From: Perkinsus chesapeaki ATCC PRA-425
Lineage: Eukaryota > Protista > Perkinsozoa
DNA: 43,756 nucleotides
Reading direction: 5' to 3'
NCBI GenBank assembly: GCA_013115145.1
Contig: JAAPAO010000280.1
Location: forward strand, 1-43,756
The position numbers and the translations under genes are program-made. The notes beneath the pieces are model-generated. The model was not told the DNA's origin. It made no database searches and saw nothing but the letters and a program-made list of their open reading frames with translations. Every line of letters starts with the position of its first letter. Position 1 is the stretch's first letter. Below are positions 1-12,235 of the stretch, one piece after another.

Positions 1-69
1 CTATATAACTAATATAGATTATACTATATAACTAATATAGATTATACTATATAACTAATATAGATTATA
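1..69. repeat. 23-bp tandem repeat CTATATAACTAATATAGATTATA x3 (may continue beyond the left edge)
   Basis: Three exact copies read directly. Confidence 0.95.
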
Positions 70-250
70 CTATTATTGTTTGAGTATAATAGCATTTTAG
101 TATTTTCCACTGTAGCATAATACCTTCACTGTAGTAGAGTCACCGGTGCAATTACTAGTATCCCATATGCCAGCCTCGGCGCTTGTTATCCTACCTTAAA
201 CCATAACTATGTATCCTTCTTAAGTATTCCCTTGCCTTTCCTTCCCTCAG

Positions 251-930
251 GCGCCTCCATCTCGGCCTTCGCAAAACTATCAAGTTGCTGGTGGTGTATA
301 TGTCCCTGTCAACAACACTACAGCGGTAAGTATCGGCCCTTGGAGTGTTGTTGTTTAGATCAACCACATTAGAATCTTAGATTTTATCTCGTTGATGGGA
401 TTGTAGACCCTCCCCTCCACCTGCTGTAAATTCTATACCTAGTTTTGGAACTCCATCCAAGTGGTTTGAGGAAGATCGTCTTGTGGAGTAGGACATGGTC
501 GAAGTTTACCATAGGGCTTAGAAGATACATTCATATAGGATTGTTGCTCTTAAAAGTTGTGTTAGAAATGTCCCTCTTTTCACGTAACGTATTTTTGTTA
601 AACTCTAGACAACTAGGAGGCCCCGAGGATTGCATAATAATAAGAGGATGTCATTCTATGTAGCTTCCTCTGGTGTCCAGTGTGAGCTGGAGATGGTACG
701 TTGAGGAGCTCATGCTTTCCTTCAGGCAACCAACGGCAATGTGACGGTTATAAGCGGTGGAGAGACGACATTGGAACGTGTGGTCTCGGGTGGAGGAACT
801 ATACCAATCCCAACAGCACGGCCAATTGCGATAGTAATAGCAAGGCTCATGAAGTAACCTCCTGCGTATCTTACCACCTTTCAACCTTAGGTTTGTCCAG
901 TCTGCAAGTGCACAGTAGTGACCCGAGTTC
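251..930 (+). CDS. Fragmentary multi-exon hypothetical gene (boundaries approximate)
   Basis: Open segments bounded by AG/GT, e.g. APPSRPSQNYQVAGGVYVPVNNTTA and SSGVQCELEM|ATNGNVTVISGGETTLERVVSGGG joined across a 30-nt GT-AG intron. No family recognised. Confidence 0.35.
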
Positions 931-1799
931 ACAACAGGACAGGAGCATGCACCCTCCTAGCAGCCGCCGGCTTGTGTTGCACTTGTAACTATTACCGAGC
1001 TACTCGATGGCTAGCAGTTTGCCATTCTTTCAGTTCCTTTAATTTTCTGGATTCCATTTTGCTGTTCTGATCTGAAGGATGTGATCCATGTGTGCCCAAA
1101 TTGCAGGTCACCTATTGGGATGTAATAAGAAGGGGGGAGTGGTTGGTTATGGGGCAATGTTTTGTGACTGTAGATTATCGTATCCACATATTATATATAG
1201 TAACATTTACTGTCGTTAGGGTTATGAAGCACACTTGGTGTTTCACTTTTCTGGTTTGTATAGGCTGGGGTACTTGTCGTATATAGGAAACGGTTGATCG
1301 ATTAAGAAATAGGTTTACATGCTTTTGAATAACGGGCGGGGATCATGAATCATATCACATTTCCGTTGACGATTGTTGAAACATTATATTGTTCATTCGG
1401 TTGTGGAGTACTACTTTCGGAGCAGACTTGGCATAGATCGGGCGGCAGGTTCCAGAACACATTGCATGACTGATCTTGGTATATTCCCTTCGGTGTCCAA
1501 ACGTTGACTATTACGTAGTATTATATTACTGTGAAGGGAAGGCTATCGTTAATAAGCATATTAATGTACAAGTTATGTCGGTATGATATAATTAATTATC
1601 ATATCTGAAATGTTACGTTACAGTGTAAAGCTCGATAAGAGAAATTATATATAGCCCGGATATGGATTTTCACCCGGATCTCGAGACCGTATTTTTTTGG
1701 TTCCAAGATACCACAGAGGTTGCTGTTGATGTCCCACTTTTTGTACGTATAAGCTCCCGTTGCGGGTTTCGGTGAACCGCGAATGTGGCAGAAAGGCGT

Positions 1800-3842
1800 A
1801 ATATTTATAAAGCGTTCCTCTGTTAAGATCTACTGTTGCGTTGAGGTTGGGGAGTCACGGAGGAACACCGTATGATCCCAGGCGTGCTTCTGGTCTAGGA
1901 ACATAGTCTTTAGGAAAATATCCATCTTGTGTGAGGCTGCTAGATGCCTCCTTGGCTGGGACAGAAAGGTAGTTGACCCCGAGCGGAAAGGGGCCATTCA
2001 GAGGCAACTCGTGGAAGGGTTATAGGATATCGTTGATAGGATTATCGTCGTTATAGGATTGACGTCATTCATCGACTTCATCGACACGAGCCGATTCTCA
2101 GAGCTTTCTAGAGCAGAATAGTGGAATTTGGTTGCCACGAAGCATATTGTTTTCTTCGACCGGAATTTTCGATGAACTTCTGAGACGTCGCATTCGCGAA
2201 AGTGTTAATTGCTAAGGATTCAGTATACTATCTGTATTCGTTTGTTATATGGTTTGTGTAGTCATTATTGAGAGAATAGGATAAGTCCTATTGGCTTCAG
2301 TTTTCATCAGTTTATGTCATCCGCGGGTTCAATTGCCAAAGTTCGGGACAGGAAAAGGTAGTACCACTGGGCGAAAAGTTAGGTCCAATAGGAGTTCGGT
2401 TTTCGGACGGTACTCCAGTCGTAGTTGGACAATGGTTTTGGCGTGAAGGCTTTCCTCAGCAGGGGCGGTTGCTAGGAGAATGGATTTACTTGCAGCCTCG
2501 AGGGGTAAAATTCATTTCTTTCCTTTGCTTGAATTTTCTAATTCTGAGTTTATTTTGAAAGTATTTACATTCGTTCAGTGCTGCCGTTGGTGGATATAAA
2601 CTGCTAGCATTGTCGTCAAACAAGCCTTTCAATATGTGGGTGGAGTTGATGTTACCTAGTGGAGAGTGGATATGGCTGGAAATGGTCATTGGTACGAAGA
2701 GGGGATGTAGGGAAGCGTCAAAAGGAGCGTATTTGAGTTGTCTATGGGCATGTGTTTTCTGGTGAAATGATCATACTGTCTCCTCTTTAACTCCAAGGAA
2801 CATAGTTCTGTGAGGATATATAACTCCCTGTATTGGCGTGGCTTAATGGGAGCGGCAGTGATCATCCTAGCAAGGAGATTGAATTGCGCACAGTCGCACG
2901 TTGAGGTTGTCCGGAGACTCCTCATCACTGCCGAGTCAGCAGCAAGTCAGTTTTACCTTGAATCGACTTGTTCGTTTGCAGAGGTTTTGCTTCAATTCGA
3001 TTGGCTAGTCTGTTGTGCCACTGCAGATCGAAATGCAGCTATAACGTTGAAGGTGCCGCAGAAGGAACCAATCTCGGGGCTCAGGATTTCCAGCGTAAGC
3101 CGGCCGGCCGGAGGAGGGGACAGGCGTTGAGACAATTGTGTGACGCTGGCCCGAGTTCAAGATCTAGACAGCTTTTTAGTAAAGGGGGCCTTTCCGGGTG
3201 TAGTATATTCCAATATGGTCTCACAGGCGCTTTGCTTTGAAGAAGGAAATTGCAACCTCTCACGTTCTGTGATTATCTGACTTTAACAGTGGGAGGGAGT
3301 ATGGCAAGGAATTGAGTGGGGATTATGATAAGTTGACAGTTGGCTTGTAGTTGACTATGGTTCAGATGAGCTACTGTTGGAGCTTGCCTGACGCTTGGAA
3401 ACAGTGGCTTATTGAAAGTGGTCGACCTTATGCAGTTCAGTTTTCTGTGGACGAAGGAGGGGTAGTGAGGTGGGCTACTATTCAGGGACCATTGAATTAC
3501 AGCCAAACTAGGCTATTAAGAAGGGCGCAGTGAAGCCACAAACCGTTGAGTAGCTTGACAGCACTGTTAATGCGTTGTAAAATGGTCGAACTAGAATTCG
3601 AATTGGAAGGGGAGCGCGTTCGCTCGATTACAGCGTGAAATTGATATGATGATTCCTATCAGAATACTGGTGGTGATGATAGGTGCCTTCTGGTGTCCTG
3701 TAGAACCGTACATGAGCTGGATGTAGTAACAAAAGTGGGGAATACGGTATAGGGAAAGTCGATATTGTAGGTATTATTGCTGGCAGTGGAGCGAAGGATA
3801 GCTGGGAAAATTGAGGTGATAAAAAAGAGGAAATACAGATGA
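1800..3842 (+). CDS. Multi-exon hypothetical protein (5' end unresolved)
   Basis: Successive protein-like exons (GPIGVRFSDGTPVVVGQWFWREG; GGYKLLALSSNKPFNMWVELMLPSGEWIWLE; WSLPDAWKQWLIESGRPYAVQFSVDEGG; VLLLAVERRIAGKIEVIKKRKYR*) separated by short GT-AG introns. May be more than one gene. Confidence 0.4.
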
Positions 3843-4139
3843 GTATTAAAAGATAGTAGCCAGTACTAGATTAAGAAGATGTATATTAATGATGCTAAGA
3901 TGGAACCCGATGTATACTAAGATGCATTAAGTTGTATATTTAGTCAGTTGTTTACGGGCCCTGCGGAGAAGTGTCACTTGTCAGTGTTGTCAGGATTTCT
4001 CGGAAAAATTCACGGTCCTCATTTTGGAACACCGAACCGGAGGGTGGGAGAAAAAACTGTTGAAAATCGCAAAAGGATGGTTGTTAGTATATGATAGCAG
4101 AGATGAAGTAGGGCGGAGCGAAGCGATTTTTGTTTACCA

Positions 4140-4694
4140 TATTTACTGATAGGAAGGATCTTGGCTGTTGGATTCGGTGCAGTTATCGGACAGTTTAACA
4201 ATAAGGAGTTTGAGCGACAGTGGAAACTGTAGGGAACTATTTTTGTATAGGGTCAATTTGTACGTAACTGTATTTGGTAGAGTGCAAGAAGCCATACACG
4301 AAAAGGTTCAGCTCAGAATTGGTTCGTTCCGGGGAGGTATTGAATGTCAATGTGTTTGTATGACAAGTGGGCACGAAGAATACAGTGCGTTGAGGTTTAT
4401 TGGGAAAGTTGACTAAAATTGAGCATTTCGTGTTGGTGAATGGGAGGCCTTGGCCATTCCTTGGTGTTGCCGGTGTTACTTGGCTCAGTGTTACCGTCAC
4501 CACTCGGTAGACGTAGGCATGAGAACGAGACTATCGATTATAATATACAACTCAGCAAGAAGCTTTTTCTGGACGTGGAGGAGGTTATCGATCTCGATTT
4601 GTTCAAAAATGTCGCGAGGAAGATGGTTTCGGGGGGTTTTGCGGGCGCTCAAGAAAGGTTTGGGGACGACCTTTGTAGGCTCGCCTTTGACTAG
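4140..4694 (+). CDS. Multi-exon hypothetical protein (approximate)
   Basis: Exon-like frames RILAVGFGAVIGQFNNKEFERQWK and ENETIDYNIQLSKKLFLDVEEVIDLDLFKNVARKM...LAFD* with short GT-AG introns. Confidence 0.35.
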
Positions 4695-5191
4695 GGGACT
4701 GTTACGATGGTCATCAGAAGGCGGCGGAGATATTTGGTCTGTGGGCTTGGAAGTGTGTTCCTGGAATGAATGCGAAGGAAAGGAAAATACGGTATGGAAT
4801 GTAATTATATGTTATGATACGTTTTGTGTGATATAACGCTACATTATATAACATTTCCCTATAGGTTAGTATTTGGCCAGTTAGGTTATACTACTGCCAC
4901 GTTCCTCTGGAGAGCGCGATAGGCTGGTCACAGCCCTCCGCTTAGCAATGTCCGTGGAGCCTCTACCGAGGCCTGTCAGCTGCGTTAGAGGTGGGCACTT
5001 TGGAGACGGAATGGTATGGAAGCGTGCGCAACGCGGTGGTGGAGGTTGTTGCGTGATTGGGGATCGTTTTTTGGCGTTAAGCTGATTCGCCGGCCGACAG
5101 TGTGGTGAGTGGGTTATAAAATGAAGACATCAGATAATCTGATTCAGGTTCTTAAGATATCTCAACTTGAGAAACTTGAAATCTCAAATAG

Positions 5192-5277
5192 GTATATTTC
5201 CTTTACGTAAAGTATCTTTTTTTACGTTAAGTATATTTCCTTTGCGTAAAGTATCCTTCCTTTACATAAAGTATATT
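5192..5277. repeat. Imperfect 19-20 bp tandem repeat (GTATATTTCCTTTACGTAAA-like) x4.3
   Basis: Unit starts at 5192, 5212, 5231, 5251 and 5271. Confidence 0.8.
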
Positions 5278-5279
5278 AG

Positions 5280-7660
5280 CGTCCTTATCCTTTTCGTTTT
5301 GCAGAGCAGCTCGAAAGTCGCGTCCAGCGGTTGATAGGAGAAGTCGAAGAATTAAAATCGGAGTTACTGCTGAGTAGAAAGCTGGATAGGAAAGTAGGCG
5401 CGGAGCGTATTCAAAATCTTCAGTGCGGCGGTGGTAGGACTTGCTGCCTTCGAGCGCTAACGTTACAAGTTCGTTGATGCCTATTAAGCTGGATGGTGGC
5501 CAGGACTCCCTGCTCGAGGTGGGTTGTTGAAGGTTGTAGCCGGAGGACAACACAAAGAAGGGTGTGTGGAAGAATAATCCAACCAATGAGATATTGGCAT
5601 GCGTCACTCTACTTCAATCAATGCTCTATACGAACTGGTACCATCGCGTAATCAATAATCACTGTGAGTATCTTACCGTTTTTTTCCTAGCGTGCTCGCG
5701 AGCGATCGACATGAAATATTCTTCACACTGTTGTCACATGTCAATTTCTCATACTACACAGTTTCATGCAGGACATTCATCTCACTTCGTAGGTCGTCAC
5801 TGCAGTGAGAGCAAGAGCTATGGCACGTTTGATGTGGGCCAAAGAGTACCGCCCTGCATGACCGAGATGGTGCTAATGTTCAAAGTATCTTTCTTGCCCT
5901 GATGGTGTTGTGTTACCGCTGTACGGAGGGGTGGAATGATTGCCAGTTAATTGCGTGGATTTTGAAATGCAGTCGGCGCTGCAAGGTGGAATGCAGGTAG
6001 GCTGACTGTGTCCCTTATGGGCGCTCTCGGGTATCGTGGAATCTAGAAAGGAATTGAGCTCACTAGGGATTACAGTGAAACATATGACATGTGTTCTGTG
6101 GGGTCTGTTCAACAGAAAATAAAGTGTAAAAAATGTTTCTATGTATCAGCTTTAACCTTTTCTTCAGCGAGTGTTTTTAACCAACAGTAATTAGTCTGTT
6201 CATTACTCTTTTGTCTCTCCCCGAGGCACTTCAAAGTTTAGTTTCTCAGGCCTCAAATGTATTATAATGAAGCTCCCAATTTATGTTCATAAATCGGTTG
6301 AAAAAATGGTATTGATTACTCTTTCGATGAGAGCATTTGAGTGATGAATTCCGTCCGATCGGTCTCCGGGGTATCCGAATGTGTAATTAGTATAATAACC
6401 GACACTATGGTAGCTTGCTCAGGCACTTCAAGACGGTGCATCGAAAATGGTCGATTCTATCAAAACAAGCCTGAGTCCAGGCCCGGAATTCGCGGCGCTC
6501 AGGGATGATGAAGAGCATCATACAGGTAAGGATGGGTAGCTCGGCCTGTCTAGAAACGAGGCGATTGTTGCGAATTCTCGTGGCGGACTCTCGTCGCCGA
6601 ATACTCCTCGTCACGGTCTTAGACAGCCTCTTCGGTGAAATAGAATATTGTTTTTGTCGTGATATTACGGCATTTCAATTTGAATTTGGTACGGTTGTTG
6701 TGGCAGATAATTCTATCTATTTGAGAAGGCCCCACGGCAATATAGCTTTCAGCAGAGCCTTTACAGTGTCGGAATCGCCGACCGTCAAGTACGCCCCTAG
6801 AAGGCATCAGGTAGGCCTCCTCGCTGCCAACGCGGCATTGGAGGAAATAATGTATTTCTATTCTATTCCGAATGACCAGGATAGTTGTCGGTGTTGGAAT
6901 GCATCTGCTCGACCACACACATCTCTTGTAGTGTGACGAATTCTCCACCCGTTTTCCCCCTCCTTTGGGCCAAAGGAGCTTGCGGACTGTCTCGCTTCAG
7001 CATTGAGGTTCTCGATCTCAGCTGAGGAAAACTAGCGCTAAGTTCGTCGGTGACACTTTAGGCACAACAGTGTCCAAGCGTTTGGCGTACCGCAGCGTTG
7101 TTGCTTAATCACTTACTACTCCTACGAATTCAGAGTAGCGCTCGCTCGAAACGGGGAGCATCTCCGGATTCACATCGAGGGTCATGAGTATCTCATTAGT
7201 TGCTAATCACTCACTAGAGCATACTTTCCGGGGAAACGAGAGCGTCGGACAAGTGTGGAATAAGTCTACTATTTCATGATGGTCGAGTATACCGCGTCCT
7301 CGATCCAGGATGCGCATGTTCATACGGAAAAACCGCGCGCCTCGAAATCGATCCCTGTTGAACTTAACAGTGCTAAAGTAACCCTAGTAGGGTTCCCTGG
7401 TGAAACTATGGACGGTTACATCTCCGTATATGAGTGCTGCAGAATTGTTGCTTTTTGTTAGTCGGGAGATCTTGCTGCAAGGTTGCAGAAAACCGCTGAT
7501 GTGGCCTCAGCCCGGCTCAGTTCACCGGTAGGCAACTGCAAGTAGGCTTCTTTTCCGTTGTTCGCGCGAAGCTCGTAAGTGGTGAGAGATAACACCTTGC
7601 GTAGGCCATTGGTCTCTTTTTTGGATGGGATGGATGCGTGGCTTATAAGCACCACATTGA
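5280..7660 (-). mobile_element. Degenerate Ty3/gypsy-like LTR retrotransposon remnant (gag-like, possible protease, integrase); RT/RNase H not found
   Basis: Minus strand about 5900-5580 reads through stops as PSGQERYFEH*HHLGHAG...YEVR*MSC (HHCC zinc finger) then V*RIFHVD...GKILTVIIDY (gypsy integrase core). About 5400-5300 gives SAVTP..L..GRDFR. A stop-interrupted colinear frame at about 7260-6620 is gag/protease-like. No LTRs identified. Confidence 0.65.
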
Positions 7661-7672
7661 CTCAAATTAATT

Positions 7673-7770
7673 TCTCTCTTTCATATGTCGCTGGTGGCGA
7701 ACCGGCTTGATTCTCTTTTTCGATATGTCGCTGGTGGCGAGCCGGCTTGATTCTCTTTCTTCGATAAGTC
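7673..7770. repeat. 40-41 bp direct repeat x2.2 (ATATGTCGCTGGTGGCGARCCGGCTTGATTCTCTT...)
   Basis: Unit starts at 7683 and 7723, partial at 7764. Confidence 0.85.
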
Positions 7771-7860
7771 TTGCGGTGCCTCGGTTAAGTGGTAGTTCTT
7801 TCGCAACTAGTTCTGTTGTGGCTTGATATGCTTTGATTATCGGTTACTTGTTGCACGCAG

Positions 7861-8319
7861 GTTATTGAAACGGCGGCACGCCGAAAGTCTACAGGATCGA
7901 GTTTGGGAAAACCGAGAAGTCGCAGGGGAACCCCGAGCAGTTCGCCGGCGCTGGATAACCTTCTAGCTCAACCGATACATGCAGATCCACACGGCTCGCC
8001 AACTGTCGATGAGAGCTTTGCTGTGTTGCCGCTGGCGGGGATTGAACCTGCGCGGGATCCAGTGCCGGAGGTTGAGTTTACTCCGCATGGGGAATTGGGC
8101 GAGCTGGCGGACTTGTCGGCACTTTATGATGAAGTTGGGAACCCGATCGCCGAGTTTGATGGGGAAGAGCGTCACTTTGACGACTCACAGAAAGTGGAGG
8201 GGCCGGGGATCGTACCCGAGTCGCTAGTGGGAGAGCTGACGAGGATGCCTACTGGCGAACTGGTGGCACTGATTCGTCGAGTGATAGAACTGCGGCCGGA
8301 CGTCGCAGTGGCATTGTGA
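7861..8319 (+). CDS. Acidic/Pro-rich open frame of unknown function, possibly a terminal exon
   Basis: Open frame following ttgcacgcag at 7860 (VIETAARRKSTGSSLGKPRS...ELRPDVAVAL*). No upstream exon traced. Confidence 0.35.
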   Translation, partial: VIETAARRKSTGSSLGKPRSRRGTPSSSPALDNLLAQPIHADPHGSPTVDESFAVLPLAGIEPARDPVPEVEFTPHGELGELADLSALYDEVGNPIAEFDGEERHFDDSQKVEGPGIVPESLVGELTRMPTGELVALIRRVIELRPDVAVAL

Positions 8320-9755
8320 GACACTCCGTCGCTCGCCGCAGGACCGGCGTTTGACCACGTAGTAGGTTTGTAGGGTTCACTCCACCAGTAGCGCTTACCG
8401 CCCCACGCCGACGTCGGTAAGCATCTTATCATTGTTGTGCACGCATGTGCAGTTTTGTAAGTAGCCATGTTAGTTATCATGGTTTGAAGGGGTTTCCCTT
8501 AGCGTCATCTGAATAGCGGTTTTCATAAAGTATCTTTCTTTCCTTCAGTCAGTCTTGAGTTTGCTACTGTTGAGGGACTGTCAGTATTAAAGTGCTTGCT
8601 GGTTTCCCCACTTACGCGAATCAAGTGAGGTGACCAGAGAGCATTTGGCCACTGTTTAAGCTCACCTTACTGAATTACTGCATCCTCAGGAAATATCGGG
8701 CTCTCTTTTATTGCTAGTATACGTAGAGTACAACTTGTCGTCTTGTTGCTCTACCTCATACAGATGTCGATAAATGTTGGAGGGCAGGTGAATAGATAGC
8801 GGTCACTGCTGTGTAGTCTGTAGCTTACTATTAGCAAGGGTCACCTATTGAAGATCTAAATTACTTCTTTTTGTTTACGGAGAATCCTTCGCGTGTCTTT
8901 CCCCAGTGTTACCAAGTCGTCCTTACAGTGTATGATCTATTATACTGTTAAATTACTCTTTGAATGAATTGCGCATGCGCGCGGTCAGTCGACACAGCCG
9001 ACTCAATATCAGTTCGCCGCCACCCGAACAGTCCTCATCTCGAGGGTGTCAATGAGTGGCGTAAAAAGCATTATGTATTTCTACAGGTGAGGTTTCTGCC
9101 TGCTGGCATCCTTGAGCACTCTAGCCGTATTTTTACCAAGAGAGATATCATATTTTGTTTTGTGAAGTTGTAATGTACTTCTATTATGATAGTTTGAGCA
9201 TATAATACCTATATTATACAGGTTTTCATAGTTGAATATCACTTTATAGAGCCCAACAAGCCATTTCGATTGGTATTAGTTACATCATCAAGCTCGATGG
9301 GTAGACCCTTATTTTTCCATACAACCCTCTACTACTAGCATGTTGAAGTAATGTGTGAGTTATGTTTTGTAAGTACTATTGATTATATTTGTTATTATCA
9401 GCCTATCCGATTACTCCGGGGAGAGCATGTTAATAACCTTTTTGTTATTATTGATATCATTTCCGACTTTGTGCTTCCACCCCAGGAAGTAGACTGTCCT
9501 GATGAACCTGCCAAGGTTAGAGGATCAAAAATTAAATGTATAGAAAAATACGACGAAGACCCCGCAACTGCTGATAATGCATTGCGTAGTCTACTTGTTC
9601 GGCATCCACCGAGACATCACGTGATTATACATAATATATATTATGCAATTACACGACGACACATCTCCAAATTGTTGCTAAATTAATTCCAATTTACTCT
9701 TTTCGAAACCTTTTTTTCCAATGTACGTTTTTGATATATTTTTCCATTTTTTCAG

Positions 9756-11777
9756 CACGGCATTTGGGGGCACAACAGCGACCTTTTGGCTGTTCGTGAA
9801 GCACTGCTGTCACAGTGCAAAACTCGGTTATCGGAATCGAGCGGGTTGTATGTGGATCCGACTACTAAGGAAGAGATTCAAGTCATTACCGTTATCTCCA
9901 ACGTCAATACAGGGAAGACACATGATGGTGCTAAGGAGGGAGGGGAGAACCTCTTCCGGTAAGCGGGAGCCGCTTCGATTGTGAAGCTGACGTTGGTGGA
10001 CTAATTTTCAGAGTAGTTTTTCTGGCGACTTCTTCGACCTCGTAACAGACCGCTTGAGTTGATTTTGCTATCTAGTCGTGAGAGCTTCACGCAAATCTTG
10101 TTCGCTCGCCGCCGAGGGTTCCAATAAAGCTCCATTATGGAGCTGTCTCATATTCCCACTATGTTGTTAACAACAACAAGATAATTAAGGTTATCTACAC
10201 CCTAACTACAACAACATAATGGTTATCTACACCCTAACAACAACAACATAATGGTTATCTACACCCTAACAAAAACAACATAATGGTTATCTACACCCTA
10301 ACAACAACAACATAATGGTTATCTACACCCTAACAACAACAACATAATGGTTATCTACACCCTAACAACAACAACAACATAATGATTATCTACACCCTAA
10401 CAACAACAACAAAATAATGGTTATCTACACCCTAACAACAACAACAACATAATGGTTATCTACACCCTAACAACAACAACAACATAACGGTTATCTACAC
10501 CCTAACAACAACAACAACAACAACATAATGGTTATCTACACCCTAACAACAACTTATTGTTGTTAGGATGTGTGTGGAGGACAAACCTCTGTGATGCTAC
10601 CAAGGGGCTCTAGAGACTTGTCACGATAAATTCGGGTCTTGACCACCGTCATAAATTATCATAATGACTTTAGTTGCAGGCTCGACCTTACTTTGACATA
10701 ATCACGTAGTAGTAATTTAAGATTGAAAATCTCTCAGTAAGCTGGCCGTCCATGGCTGGTGGGCAAGCTGAAGTACTGGACTCAAGTTTGGGACACCAAA
10801 GGCGACTATAGATTGCATACTTGCGTATTTTACTTCGGAAGGCTTAAGCTCTTGAGTGGGCCGCGCCACATAGGATGGCGCGACGGTGAATGATAAATAA
10901 GGAATATTCTTTCAGGCTAGTGGAAGACACTTGTGAAGCCGGCAGCTACATTTCACTAATTGGTCACTCACTTGGTGGCCTTTATTGCAGAGCAGCATTG
11001 AGGCTGCTGGCGGCACAACCGTCACGATGTAGGCAGCGTTAGGGGGACCAGCGGAACGTCGTGTGCCGGGATCGAACTTGCGGCTTCTGTCAGATCCCTA
11101 CGCCGATCCAAGCGAGACTATTGGAAGCTTGGGCTTGGTACCAGTAAATTACATCTCATTTGCAACGCCGCATTTGGGCCTTCGAGAAATGCCTGCGTAC
11201 GTTTGTTCCCGCCCTTCCGAATGATGTGTTCATAATTCCATCTCAGAGTTGTACAGTTTGGCGCTCTTGTTGTAAGTGGAAAGACAGGATCAGATCTACT
11301 ATTGCGATCGGACACTCTAGGGGAGTGGCTCATTGATGAGGTAAGGTGTATAGTAGCTATCTGGGTACTTTACGAAACGGACTCTACCGAATTTGGAAAT
11401 TTAGAAATTTCACTTTCAATGGTATTAGATATTTCTGAGTAATACTCGGTACTACTGACTCAGTTATAAAAACCAAGGTAAACCGTAATACTCAGTAGTA
11501 CTGAGTATCACGGTTTACCTTGGTTTTTATAACCGTATAACGATTTTAGGCTCCCTATGGATTTAGGATCCCCCTTATCTTAGTAGTCTCTTTCATCTCT
11601 ATTATCTCTTCTATTCAGGACGCCCTTCGAGGGCTGGCCCTTTGCAAGCGAAGGATAGTGTACGCTAATGTGGCCAATGACTTGATGGTTGGGCCGTGGA
11701 CCTCGGCGATCTCTGATGGGTTTCCAGAGGAGGTAAGTGAAGATGGTCAACTATTGCAGACCGTTCGCAACTACTAA
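9756..11777 (+). CDS. DUF676 / putative serine esterase (alpha/beta-hydrolase lipase); first exon unresolved
   Basis: Spliced reading HGIWG...GKTHDGAKEGGENLFR|LVEDTCEAGSYISLIGHSLGGLYCRAAL...PVNYISFATPHLG...GKTGSDLLL...KRRIVYANVANDLMVGPWTSAI...TVRNY*. These are the family motifs in order. Introns include 9959-10915 and 11341-11618. Confidence 0.88.
10189..10553. repeat. Intronic minisatellite GGTTATCTACACCCT(AAC)nATAAT x11, unit 32-41 bp
   Basis: Unit starts at 10189, 10221, 10253, 10285, 10317, 10349, 10384, 10419, 10454, 10489 and 10530. Only the AAC count and single bases vary; there are no unique spacers. Confidence 0.95.
11463..11533. repeat. Near-perfect 71-bp palindrome (35-bp arms, 1 mismatch, 1-nt centre)
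   Basis: GTTATAAAAACCAAGGTAAACCGTAATACTCAGTA-G-TACTGAGTATCACGGTTTACCTTGGTTTTTATAAC. Confidence 0.95.
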
Positions 11778-12017
11778 GGCGAATTCGTGCTTCAAAAGGC
11801 ATATGGAGAAATATAATGAACTTGATAACGCGCTTATTATTGCTGTGTCTCTGTAACGATATTAATAATAATGTATGATATAAACACTGGCACGACTATC
11901 ATAACCCAGATGGTCTAAAACTTCCCTCACGAAGATTCAACATCGAACTTCTTACATTGTAAAAGTGATCGAAAAAAATCGGTTGGTCATATAACTTTGG
12001 GAGGAGGTTTGTGGCGA

Positions 12018-12235
12018 ATGATACAAATAATATTGCTTACATTAGCTTCAGTTGCGGCATTCCCGTATCTCTTCCGTATTGGACTTTTCAGGTATCAATG
12101 CGTTGCCGTGCCCATCCACGACAGCCCGTTGAGGTTAGTCAAGAGGTGAGCCTGTCTAAGCGGCTGGCCGGTGGCATTCCACAACTGTTGCAGGTTCTGG
12201 ATACATTCAGAGCGTACAGGGCTTCTGGGATACGT
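12018..12235 (+). CDS. Possible 5' exons of a secreted hypothetical protein (3' end unresolved)
   Basis: MIQIILLTLASVAAFPYLFRIG... is signal-peptide-like, followed by a GT-AG intron and FWIHSERTGLLGY. Confidence 0.3.

Noticed and set aside
8500-8550. LTR remnant sharing CATAAAGTAT and TTAGCGTC with 5250-5290
   Set aside because: Matches are short and in different order; no TG...CA termini, PBS or PPT found.
1800-10130. Stop-codon reassignment suggested by in-frame TAG/TGA within otherwise open frames
   Set aside because: Such stops are confined to the decayed retroelement or unresolved models. Well-supported genes contain none and end in TAA (SmB, PB1 genes), TGA (RPA2) or TAG (MAPEG, cyclin).
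10189-10553. CRISPR array or telomere
   Set aside because: No unique spacers and the context is a eukaryotic intron; CCCTAA occurs only once per unit, not as a pure telomeric tract.
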